A stretch of DNA of 64,000 nt from an uncultured Verrucomicrobiae bacterium (GTDB lineage: Bacteria > Verrucomicrobiota > Verrucomicrobiia > Chthoniobacterales > Chthoniobacteraceae), in contig CAVYKI010000009.1 in NCBI GenBank assembly GCA_963769025.1, forward strand, positions 448,001 to 512,000, written 5' to 3'. Shown here piece after piece: positions 9,893 to 18,732 of this stretch (positions are counted from its first letter, which is position 1; every line of letters starts with the position of its first letter). A model generated the notes under the pieces. It ran no database searches, was not told the DNA's origin, and saw only the letters and a list, made by a program, of their open reading frames with translations. A program made the position numbers and the translations under genes.

Positions 9893-11419
9893 CTACGGCG
9901 CGGCCTTCGCGAGCGGGAGGCGGATGCAGGCGGCCTCGCGGTCGTTCCGCACGACGAGAAGGTCGCCGCTCAGTGCGAGCGGATTCCACGTCTTCTCATC
10001 AAAGACGCGGAAGCGCGCGAGTTCGTTCGCGCCATCGGGCGTCGGACGGAGCAGGACGAGTTCGCCGGGGATCTCCGTCATTTGCAGGTAATGATCGCCG
10101 ACGAGAAGTCCCTGCCCATGACCGTAGCGGCCGTCCTTCCAGCGCACTTTGCCGTCCTTCAGATCGAGGCACGCAAAGATGCCGTCGCTCACGCCGTACA
10201 CGTAGCCGGCGCGCTCGGCGGGATTGGAAAATTTTGCCTGAAAGCGGATCGTCTTCCACACCTCGGTCGCGGCGGGCCTGCCGTCCGGGCCGGGTGCGAT
10301 TTCGACCAGCGCGCTGCCGACACCGTAGCCGCTGGAAAACAGAAGGCGATTCCCGCCAGTGACGATCGGTCGCGCGACGTGCGGGAGGCCCTTGCCCCAC
10401 GGATGCTCCCAGAGCACTTCGCCGGTGGAGGGATCGTGCGATGTGATCGCGCCGGTATTGAACATCACGATCTGCGGCCTTCCGGCGATCGTGAGGAGGA
10501 AAGGCGAGCTGTAGTTGATCCCGCGGCTGCCGCCGCGCCACACGGGTTCGCCGGTGGCGACGTCGTATGCGAGCAGCGATTTGCCGTCCGTCCCGCCGGC
10601 GCTCACGATGACTTTCCCATCGTGCACCAGCGGCGACGACGCAAAGCCCCACGTCGGCACCTCGACACCGGCGTCCGTCGGCAGATCGCGCATCCAGATC
10701 GGTTTGCCAGTCGCGAGTTCGAGACAGCGGAGGGTGCCCGTCGCGCCGAGCGTGAGGACGCGGTCGCCGTGCACGGTCGGAGTCGTGCGGGGGCCTTCGC
10801 CGGCGATGGAGGTGTTGAAGTGACCAGCGTTGGCGGTGCTCCAGAGCAGCTTGCCGGTGAGGATGTCGCGGCACGTGACAAGTTCCTCCTCGCCCTGCTG
10901 CTCGAGCGTCAGCGCGCGATCGCCCGCAATCGCAAAGCCCGACCACGCCGCGCCGACCGGCTGCCGCCACAGCACCTGAGGCGGATGGTTTTTCCAGTCG
11001 GGATCGAGTGCCGGGCCGTCGAGCCGGGCGTCGCGATTCGGGCCAAAGGCCTGCGGAAACTCGGCTCGCGTCACAGCCGGTGAGCCGGTGTTTGTCGCGC
11101 GTGCCGCCTCCGCGCCTTTCGCGAAACGGAACTCGAAGAGCGGGATGAAATCGCCGGTCATCCCGCGATGGCGGAAGAATGCCGGAAAGAGCGCGATCAT
11201 CACCAGCGGCGCGAGCCGCGCAGCCCACGGCGCGTGCGAGAGGAACAGCCACCACAGCAGCAGCAGCGCGCCCGTGGTGACAGCGGTCGCCAGGATCGCA
11301 AGGGAGCGGGCCTGCTCGTACGGCCAGACATCGAGCACGCGAATGACTGCAAATGCGATCGCGCCAAGAATGGCAATCGCGATGCCCGGCCACCAGCGGA
11401 TAGGTCGGCGTCCGGTCAT
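9893..11419 (-). CDS. PQQ-binding-like beta-propeller protein with N-terminal TM helices
   Basis: Three TM segments, then PQAFGPNRD, LWRQPVG, GPRTTP, ASSPL, YSSP, TWNPLAL; ATG 11419 directly follows the upstream stop. Confidence 0.85.
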   Translation of the reverse strand: MTGRRPIRWWPGIAIAILGAIAFAVIRVLDVWPYEQARSLAILATAVTTGALLLLWWLFLSHAPWAARLAPLVMIALFPAFFRHRGMTGDFIPLFEFRFAKGAEAARATNTGSPAVTRAEFPQAFGPNRDARLDGPALDPDWKNHPPQVLWRQPVGAAWSGFAIAGDRALTLEQQGEEELVTCRDILTGKLLWSTANAGHFNTSIAGEGPRTTPTVHGDRVLTLGATGTLRCLELATGKPIWMRDLPTDAGVEVPTWGFASSPLVHDGKVIVSAGGTDGKSLLAYDVATGEPVWRGGSRGINYSSPFLLTIAGRPQIVMFNTGAITSHDPSTGEVLWEHPWGKGLPHVARPIVTGGNRLLFSSGYGVGSALVEIAPGPDGRPAATEVWKTIRFQAKFSNPAERAGYVYGVSDGIFACLDLKDGKVRWKDGRYGHGQGLLVGDHYLQMTEIPGELVLLRPTPDGANELARFRVFDEKTWNPLALSGDLLVVRNDREAACIRLPLAKAAP

Positions 11420-11420
11420 C

Positions 11421-13448
11421 TCAGTTGAGCGAGCGCAGGTATTGCCAGATGGCTTCAAACTGGTCGGCGGCCTTTCCGCCGAGCACGTCGGTGATCTGCG
11501 TGGTCACGCCGTCCTCGCTGAACTTCGGCATCTTCGTATCCGCATCGATGCGCAGCGGTGCGAGAACCCAGCGGTGGAAAAATCCCTTCCGCACGCGCTC
11601 GATCGTGTTGCCGAAATTCACGCCGGGCGCCTCGAAGACCGCGGTCGCGGGCTCGTCCTTCACCGCATGACAGGTGGTGCAATTGAAGCCGCCATCCGAC
11701 CCGATCAGCCTTTCCCCTGCGGCGACCTTTTCCTTGTCCGGCACGGGCTCGGGCGGATCGGAAAGTGGAAGCCCGTGCTGCTGCGCGAGCCCGACTGCGA
11801 TTCCCATCGCCGGTCCGCCAAAGCCCGGCATGCGCGCGATGAGCCACGGGCGCGGCTTGTAAGGCGCAGCCCCGGCGATGAAGCTGCCCATCCAGCCCGC
11901 CTGCAGCTTTTCCCCAAACCACGTGAGGTGCGGCACCGCGGTGCCCGCGAGCGGCGCACCTTCGAGCTGCTCCTCGGGCTGGGGTGCGGCGTTCTGAAGC
12001 GCGGTCATCTCCTCCTCCACCTTCTGCCACGTGCTCTGAAGTCCGTCGCGCGGATGGCAGGCAGTGCAGTTCATGCGCGTGATCTGGCGCTCGGCAAACT
12101 CGGCAGGCGCGTCCTGCTTCAGCGATGCGAGGTCCGTGGCAATAAATGCAGCGAGTTCGTCTCGCTGCTTTGGCGAGAGCCCGAAGACGGGCGCCTTGCC
12201 CGCGTCTTCGGCGAGGCATCCTTTCGCGCCAGCCTTCACGACCGCGGCGAGCCCGGGCGCGGCGAGCGTGCTTTTTTCAATTCCGGGAATCGCGTGGCAG
12301 CTTGCGCAGCCGAGGCTCGTGGCGAGTGCCTTGCCATTCGTCGCGTCGCCTTTCACAGCGGGGAATTCCGACTTCGCATTGGCATAAAGGTATGCGCTGA
12401 GCTTTGCGGCCTCGTCGTCGGTCAGCCGGAAGTTTGGCATCCGTGTCCACGTGCTGTGCGCGGTGGGGTTCTTCAGGAACTCCGCGAGCGCCGCGGGCTG
12501 ATATTTCGCCGAGACATGCGTGAGCGGAGTGCGTGCGTGCTCATCCTTGCCGGAAAAATCTGGCGTGGTGTGGCAGGCGATGCAGCCGAGGTTTGCGAAC
12601 AGTCCTCCGCCAGCGGCTGCGATTTCCGCAGCAGCCCTTTCTGCCGGTCCTTTCGCCGGCGTCCCGAGCGTCGAGAGGTATGCGGCGATGTCCGCCGCCT
12701 GTTCCTTCGTCGTGTGGAGCGCAGGCATTGTGGCGTCGGGGCGGACGGCACGCGGATTCTCCACCCACGCCGCGATCCATTCCGGGCGAAAGCGCGCGCC
12801 CGCGTCCGCGAGGTCCGGCGCTGTCATCATCGTTTCCATCATGCCGTTGCCGTCCTTCGGGACGAGCGCGCCGCCATCGTGGCACGCGGCGCAGTGGAGT
12901 TGCGTGAAAAGCATCCGCCCCTCGCGCGTCTTCGCAGCGGCAATTTGGGCGGGCGGCGGCGTGTGTGTCCATGAGCTCGGAGGCACGGGTTCGCGCGGAA
13001 ATTCCTTCGACGCCCAGTGGAGTTGAAGTTGCGCGTCATCCTCGCCGTCGGTCGTGTAGTCGATGACGAACCGGTTCGCGCCTTTCTGAAGCTGCACCGT
13101 CTTGTCCGCATACTGCGCGGCGGCGGCACCGGCGGCGTCGAGTATTTGCTCGCCGTTCACCGAGACCTTCACCTGCCCGCGAACCTCGACGCTGAACGTG
13201 TATTCGCTCCGCAGCGGCGAATCCACATCGCCTTCCCATTTTGCAGTGAAGGGTCCCGCTGGGAGGAACGGGGTCGCAGGAGTGCCTTTCGGAACGTAGA
13301 GCGCGCAGAGTCGCGCCGCGCGTGTGTCCGACTTTCCGCCGGCGGTGAAAGTGACCGTGAGGCCCGGCGATTTTTCGGGAGCCGCGGAGAGCGCGTCCGG
13401 GAGCGGGAGGAAAATCGCAGCGAGGCAGGCAATGGTGATGCAGCGCAT
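11421..13448 (-). CDS. Secreted PA14-like domain plus penta-heme c-type cytochrome
   Basis: Signal peptide; PA14-like FTAKWEG..LHWASKEFPREPVP; five CxxCH motifs (CAACH, CIACH, CASCH, CTACH, CTTCH) with downstream MP motifs. Confidence 0.85.
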   Translation of the reverse strand: MRCITIACLAAIFLPLPDALSAAPEKSPGLTVTFTAGGKSDTRAARLCALYVPKGTPATPFLPAGPFTAKWEGDVDSPLRSEYTFSVEVRGQVKVSVNGEQILDAAGAAAAQYADKTVQLQKGANRFVIDYTTDGEDDAQLQLHWASKEFPREPVPPSSWTHTPPPAQIAAAKTREGRMLFTQLHCAACHDGGALVPKDGNGMMETMMTAPDLADAGARFRPEWIAAWVENPRAVRPDATMPALHTTKEQAADIAAYLSTLGTPAKGPAERAAAEIAAAGGGLFANLGCIACHTTPDFSGKDEHARTPLTHVSAKYQPAALAEFLKNPTAHSTWTRMPNFRLTDDEAAKLSAYLYANAKSEFPAVKGDATNGKALATSLGCASCHAIPGIEKSTLAAPGLAAVVKAGAKGCLAEDAGKAPVFGLSPKQRDELAAFIATDLASLKQDAPAEFAERQITRMNCTACHPRDGLQSTWQKVEEEMTALQNAAPQPEEQLEGAPLAGTAVPHLTWFGEKLQAGWMGSFIAGAAPYKPRPWLIARMPGFGGPAMGIAVGLAQQHGLPLSDPPEPVPDKEKVAAGERLIGSDGGFNCTTCHAVKDEPATAVFEAPGVNFGNTIERVRKGFFHRWVLAPLRIDADTKMPKFSEDGVTTQITDVLGGKAADQFEAIWQYLRSLN

Positions 13449-13493
13449 GTTCTGCGCGATGTACGGAGCCCGCATTGGCGCGTCAACCGCGCA

Positions 13494-14699
13494 TCATTCC
13501 CTGCCTCTGCGCTCGGCGAGGATCAGTAGTGCCCGCGAGGCCTCATGCTGGTAGCCAAAGCCAAAAGGCAACCGCAGCCCCGGGCCGGCCTCGACGGCGG
13601 CCTGCAGGTCCGGCTCGTAATATTTCGCAAACAGCTCGATGGGCAGCGCACTGCGACCCCAGAGGTGCAACGTCCACCTGTCCTTCGGAAATGTGCGGTA
13701 CGGGATTCCGCTCGGATCCTGGACGATCGCGTAGCTGTGGTTCATCAGCCACTCGTTGATGCGCGTGAATTCGCTCTCGTGCGGCAGGAAGCTCGCGGCC
13801 TTCAGCAAGCTGCGCCCCATCCCTAGCGTCTCGCAAAAGCGCAGCACTCCGCCGTGCGATTTCAGCCCGCCATTCGAGAGGTCGCCGAAGAAATAATACA
13901 ACGTCTGCTGCGACTGCCTCGGCATCTGGAAACGGATGCGCACACCGGGCGTGCCGCCCTTCGCCCTCCCGTCCGTGGAGAGTCCGCCGTCCGATCCGCA
14001 GCGGACCGGCTGGACTTCCAAAATGCGCGCGTCTTCGCGGGCGAGGATGAGTTCCAGCACGGGCAGGATGCCGGGAAGGTGCCGCTGCTCCACATCCCTG
14101 CGGAGATCCGTGGTGATGAAAAAGCTGAAGTCGAGAAGCGAGCGAAGCGAATTGCGGAAGCTCGCGAGCGCGCCGGGAAGTTCGGCCGGCGGAATGCGCA
14201 TGGGATCCGGCTGGCTGCCCACCGGTTCACGCGCGCAGAGCACGTAATTCTTTGCGCGGGGGAAGAGCGCGTGCGGGTACAGGAAATCCGCCCCGCTGAA
14301 AAAATAAAATACCGGCGACTCCGACGTGTGCACTGCTCCGAGTGCCGCGGGCGCCCACGCGCGCACCTTTGCCATCCTCGCGCGTTCACTTTCCGCCCAC
14401 GCCGCGTCGAGCTCCCGCGCATGTTGCGTCCACTCCGGCACCAGCGCGAATCTCCGGAGTCCGACGCCGTGCGGCGTCAATCCTGCCAGCCAGCGCGCGA
14501 CGTCATCGTCCGTGGAAGCGATCCGCGGCTCCGGCGGCGCGGCAGGTTGGGGCGTGACCGTCCGTGCCGGGTATGTCGCTGTGGGCCTCGGAGCGGAGAA
14601 GGATGGATTTGAGCCCGGGTCCTGAGCGGGAGCGGGCGCGAGGAATGCGAGCGCGACACCGGAAAAAATGTGGCAGAGCTTGGACTTCGATCCCCTCAT
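13494..14699 (-). CDS. Conserved hypothetical secreted protein
   Basis: Signal-like N-terminus; conserved-looking blocks FYFFSGADFLY, FSFFIT, KAASFL, VQDPSGIPY, LPFGFGY; start uncertain. Confidence 0.7.
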   Translation of the reverse strand: MRGSKSKLCHIFSGVALAFLAPAPAQDPGSNPSFSAPRPTATYPARTVTPQPAAPPEPRIASTDDDVARWLAGLTPHGVGLRRFALVPEWTQHARELDAAWAESERARMAKVRAWAPAALGAVHTSESPVFYFFSGADFLYPHALFPRAKNYVLCAREPVGSQPDPMRIPPAELPGALASFRNSLRSLLDFSFFITTDLRRDVEQRHLPGILPVLELILAREDARILEVQPVRCGSDGGLSTDGRAKGGTPGVRIRFQMPRQSQQTLYYFFGDLSNGGLKSHGGVLRFCETLGMGRSLLKAASFLPHESEFTRINEWLMNHSYAIVQDPSGIPYRTFPKDRWTLHLWGRSALPIELFAKYYEPDLQAAVEAGPGLRLPFGFGYQHEASRALLILAERRGRE

Positions 14700-14820
14700 T
14701 GCATTCGCTGAATTGCGCATACGAAACCCACGGTGCCCTGCATGCTCCCGCCTTTTCAAGTGCGATCACCGGACGTTCGTGGACGTGCGAGCAGCCGGGC
14801 CGTGCGTGAGCAACGGGCGC

Positions 14821-16119
14821 TCAGGCGGGCCGCCGCCTTGATAGGTGGAAGACGATGAGGCCGAGAAGCAGCGTGCCGAGGCCGGCGAGGGATTCGAGGG
14901 GGCTTTTGTGGAAGACGTGCCAGATCATCCAGCCGTTCACGGTGAGGAAAATGAGCGGTGTGACCGGGTAGCCCCAGGCGCGGACGGGACGGGGGAGGTT
15001 TGGCTCGCGGCGGCGGAGCACGAAGACGCCGAGGACGGCGAGCCCGGAGCAGACTGTGATGGTGAATTGCACGTAGGTAAGCACCTTCTGAAACGTGCCC
15101 GTGACGAGCAGCACGGTGACGAGGGCGGTCTGCGCGAGCGTGGCGAGGATCGGGATGCCGCCGGCGCTCACGAGGGAAAAGGGGCGCAGCGGGCGGCTGT
15201 CCTCGCCCATGGTGGCGAGGACGCGCGGGCCGATCCACTGCATCGCGCCGACGGTGGAAAGCAGGCCGCCGGCGATGAGGAGGGCCATCCATTTTCCGCC
15301 CGTGGCGCCGAGCGCGTGCGTGCCTGCGATGAGGCCGACCTCGAGCTTGCCGGTGAGCTCGGCGACGGGCGCGACGCGGAGGAAGACGGAGTTCAGCGCG
15401 ATGTAGAGGACCGTGACGATGATGGTGCCGATGGCCATCGAAAGCGGGACGTTGCGCGAGGGGTTGCTCACTTCTCCGGTGACGTAGGAGGAGGCGTTCC
15501 AGCCCGCGTAGGCGAACATGACGTAGATGAGGCTGGTCGCAAATTCAGGGCTGAACATCCGCACGGCGTCGCCTGCCTGCGGTGTGAGCGCGCTGCCGCT
15601 GGCGGGCGCGAGGAAGCCCGCTGCGAGGAATGCGACGATGGTGAGCAGCTTCAGCGACGTGGAAAAATCCTGGAACCACTCGCGGAGCCGTGCGCTGGCG
15701 AGCATGGCGATCGTGATGGCTGCGAGCGCGGCGAAGGCCATGCCGGTCTCGGGAAGCGCGGGCCGAATTTCATGGGCGTACCTTCCAAACGCCATCGCCG
15801 CGAGCGCGACGGGCGCGGCAAAGCCCGCGGTGACCGCCGCCCAGCCCGCGAGGAAGCCGACGGACGGATGAAAGATGCGCGTGAGGAAATGATACTCGCC
15901 GCCGGAGCGCGGCAGTGCGGCGGCGAGCTCGGCATACGCGACGCTTCCGCAGAAGGCGCACACGCCGCCGACGAGCCACAGCATGAGAATGACGAATGGC
16001 GTGAGCCCGCCCGCGAGCTGGAAGCCGAGGCTGGTGAAGACGCCCGTGCCGATCATGTTTGCCACGACGAGGCACGTCGCGGTGTAGAGCGACATGGTGC
16101 CGGGCTTTCCTAGGGACAT
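14821..16119 (-). CDS. APC-family amino acid permease
   Basis: ANMIGTGVF, YAELAAALPRSGGEY, FAYAGWN, GEVSNPSRNVP, GYPVTP; about 12 TM. Confidence 0.92.
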   Translation of the reverse strand: MSLGKPGTMSLYTATCLVVANMIGTGVFTSLGFQLAGGLTPFVILMLWLVGGVCAFCGSVAYAELAAALPRSGGEYHFLTRIFHPSVGFLAGWAAVTAGFAAPVALAAMAFGRYAHEIRPALPETGMAFAALAAITIAMLASARLREWFQDFSTSLKLLTIVAFLAAGFLAPASGSALTPQAGDAVRMFSPEFATSLIYVMFAYAGWNASSYVTGEVSNPSRNVPLSMAIGTIIVTVLYIALNSVFLRVAPVAELTGKLEVGLIAGTHALGATGGKWMALLIAGGLLSTVGAMQWIGPRVLATMGEDSRPLRPFSLVSAGGIPILATLAQTALVTVLLVTGTFQKVLTYVQFTITVCSGLAVLGVFVLRRREPNLPRPVRAWGYPVTPLIFLTVNGWMIWHVFHKSPLESLAGLGTLLLGLIVFHLSRRRPA

Positions 16120-16243
16120 ATGGCCGCGGAGGTTTCCGAAGAGCGCGGGGGAATGCGAGGGGAAAGGATTGCGGATTCCGGACACCGAATGGGTTCGCGG
16201 CGGGCCCTCCTTGCAGTCAGGCGTGATGCGGCGATTGGATCAG

Positions 16244-16268
16244 CCCGCCTCCTGCCGTCGTCGACTAC
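16244..16268 (-). repeat. Degenerate GTAG-type REP copy
   Basis: Reverse complement GTAGTCGACGACGGCAGGAGGCGGG resembles the GTAGCCGCCGAGGGAACGAGGCGGG unit at 48689; intergenic. Confidence 0.5.
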
Positions 16269-16275
16269 GAAGGTT

Positions 16276-18627
16276 CTATCGCGCCGCCGACTTCGCGTAG
16301 GGGACGACGTGGATGGTGTTCAGGATGCGGCCGGGGACGGGCTGGCCGTTCTCGCCGTTCACGTTCATCTTGATCTCCATCTGGTCCACGGGGCGCAGGC
16401 CTTCGATTTCGAGGAACACCTTCTTGCGGTCGGCGCTCAGCTTCACGGATTTCACGGCGAGGTCTTCCTTGCCCTTGGTGCTGTCGGAAGGCTTGTAGCT
16501 GTCACTGCCGTAGTTGGCGCTCCACTTGTAGTTCCACTGCTTCACGGCGTAGTTCGCCGCGTCTCCGGCGGATTTTTCGTCGAGCGGATTGGTGAAGCCG
16601 ACCTCGATGCCGTGCGTGCGGACATTCAGCGTAGCGGGAAAAAAAATCTTCTTTCCCGTGTAGCGGACGCGCTGGAGGCAGCCGTCCTTTGCGGCGCTCG
16701 TCTGCCAGCCTTTGAGTCCGCAGATCCAGAGCTGGCCGTCGATCGCGTTGAAGCGCGCCCGCATTGTGCCGCTCTCAAATTTCACCGGGAAACGGAAGAC
16801 GCCGCCTTGCACGACATCGCCCGCCTTTTCCGTGAGCACGCCGTAGAGCCCGCACGTGCCGTAGCTCAGGTGCAGCATCCCGCCTGCGGGCAGGCCCCAC
16901 TTTTCGCCGGTGACCCACGCCTGTCCGCCGCCGGAATTATCCACGTCCTTCGGCATATAGCAGATGTGCTTGCCGGGCTCGGTCGGCGGGCTCGGTCGGC
17001 GAGAGAGATCGGCGACGGTGACGAAGTCTCCGGGCTTCACGATGTGGACGTAGCACATCGGCACCCACGTGCCTTCGTTGTCGCCGGTGGTGACTACATC
17101 GCCGGGGCCGACGCTGATGCCGTTCGGCGCGCGGAGGCCGGTGGCGAAAATCTCGAACTTCTTCCCGTCGGGCGAGATCTTGAACATGCAGCCGTTGTGA
17201 TCGCTCAGCGGCCCCCAGCCGCGGCCGCCGGGATTCACCGGTCCGCCTTTGGCGAAGTAGAAGTTGCCCTTGCTGTCCGTCTGCAGATCGAACGTGAATT
17301 CGTGGAAGCCGGGCGTGACCTGCACGTCGTTGTTGAAGCACTCGTAGAAGTCCGCCTCGCCGTCACTGTTCAAATCATGCAGCCGCGTGATCTGGTCTCG
17401 GCCGAGGACGTGCACCGTGTCATTCACGATGCGCAGCCCGAGTGCGTGGAAGAGCCCGCTCGCGTAGCGGCGCCAGGTCACTTCGCCGGTGAAGTCGTTA
17501 TTCGCCGGCGACATCACCCACACGTCGCCACTCCACGTGCAGATGGCGACGCGGCCATCCTTGAAGAAATCGAACCCGCCGGGGCGGATCCAGGACTTGC
17601 TCGGATTCGTGAAAGGCAGCTCGACGGTGTCCACCACGTAGGCGTCATTCTCCGCGGGAGTGCCGGCCTTTAGCGCGGTCTTCACCGTCTCGGACCAGTG
17701 CGCCGGGCCGCCCTTGGTGAAGGCGGCGAGGCTCTGCGGTTTCGCGGCGCCCTTGGCGGCGGCGATGAGCCTCGCTTCGTCCGCGGCGGTGCCCTTTGCG
17801 TAGGAAATCTTGAAGTTCTGTCCCGCGGCGAATGCCGACAGTTGCAGGATCACCTTCGATCCGTTCACCGCGAGCTTCGCGCCCTGCGGCAGCGCGATCC
17901 CGGCGATGGCCACGCGGCTGTCCGGATTTTTCGCGTCGTCCGAAACGACAATCGCCCCGTCCTGTTCAACGGCGGTCGCGCCTTCGCCCTCAAAGACGAT
18001 CTCGCCGCTCGCCGCTCCCGCGGTGAGCACGCTTGTCGTGCGCGTGAGCACTGCCTGGCCGTTCACCTTTTCCAGCGCCGGCATTTCGAGGAGCGATGCG
18101 GAGCCGACGGTGTAGCTGATGACCACGTTGTCGCCGTGCAGGTAGAGCCCGCGGTATTTCGCCCACTCCTGCGGCAGCGGGCCGAATGGCACGACCGCCG
18201 CGCCCTTGCCCGTGGGCAGTTTGCGCGGGTCGGCGAATCCGCCGTCCTTGCTCCACGTCGGCACCGGGTTCGTCTGAAAATGGATGCTCGTGCCTTTCGC
18301 GGGCGAGGGATTCGGGCCGTGTGCGCCGTCGAATGCCACGCCTTTGTAAGTCACGAACCCGCCCGTCCATCCCCCGGCCCAGCGGCAAAGATCGGTGTCG
18401 AAAAGCATCCCGCCCTCGTCAGCGCCGAGCTTGATCGCGATGCCTTTGTTCGCGCACGAGCCGCCGCCCTTGAGCGTATTCTTCCCTTCCGTGTTGTCCC
18501 ACGAAGCGGTGAGGAACCGCCCGTAGTCCATCTCCTCGTATTTTTTCGCCGCGAATCCGGCGGTGGTGGAAAATGACAGCAGGGCTGCGATTGCGAGACG
18601 GGTGCGGAGCGTGGGTGATTTCGGCAT
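16276..18627 (-). CDS. DUF6797-type secreted protein with C-terminal beta-propeller
   Basis: Signal peptide, MDYG..KGIAI..FDTD, YRGLYLHG, RPGGFDF, DLNSDGEADFYE, ATGLRAPNG, DNEGTW. Confidence 0.75.
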   Translation of the reverse strand: MPKSPTLRTRLAIAALLSFSTTAGFAAKKYEEMDYGRFLTASWDNTEGKNTLKGGGSCANKGIAIKLGADEGGMLFDTDLCRWAGGWTGGFVTYKGVAFDGAHGPNPSPAKGTSIHFQTNPVPTWSKDGGFADPRKLPTGKGAAVVPFGPLPQEWAKYRGLYLHGDNVVISYTVGSASLLEMPALEKVNGQAVLTRTTSVLTAGAASGEIVFEGEGATAVEQDGAIVVSDDAKNPDSRVAIAGIALPQGAKLAVNGSKVILQLSAFAAGQNFKISYAKGTAADEARLIAAAKGAAKPQSLAAFTKGGPAHWSETVKTALKAGTPAENDAYVVDTVELPFTNPSKSWIRPGGFDFFKDGRVAICTWSGDVWVMSPANNDFTGEVTWRRYASGLFHALGLRIVNDTVHVLGRDQITRLHDLNSDGEADFYECFNNDVQVTPGFHEFTFDLQTDSKGNFYFAKGGPVNPGGRGWGPLSDHNGCMFKISPDGKKFEIFATGLRAPNGISVGPGDVVTTGDNEGTWVPMCYVHIVKPGDFVTVADLSRRPSPPTEPGKHICYMPKDVDNSGGGQAWVTGEKWGLPAGGMLHLSYGTCGLYGVLTEKAGDVVQGGVFRFPVKFESGTMRARFNAIDGQLWICGLKGWQTSAAKDGCLQRVRYTGKKIFFPATLNVRTHGIEVGFTNPLDEKSAGDAANYAVKQWNYKWSANYGSDSYKPSDSTKGKEDLAVKSVKLSADRKKVFLEIEGLRPVDQMEIKMNVNGENGQPVPGRILNTIHVVPYAKSAAR

Positions 18628-18732
18628 TTGCGTCCCGCGACAATCAGGAAGCGCCCGTGTCCTTTGTAAGAAAGGAACGCCGCTCCGACGCGAATCGATC
18701 GGCGAGCCGCACTCAGGGCGCGCCAGTCGCAG

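Noticed and set aside
7361..11083. 1240 aa plus-strand ORF, and similar long ORFs at 11088..12974, 36569..38815 and 49918..52236
   Set aside because: Antisense shadows of well-supported genes; Arg/Ala-rich, motif-free and expected at high GC
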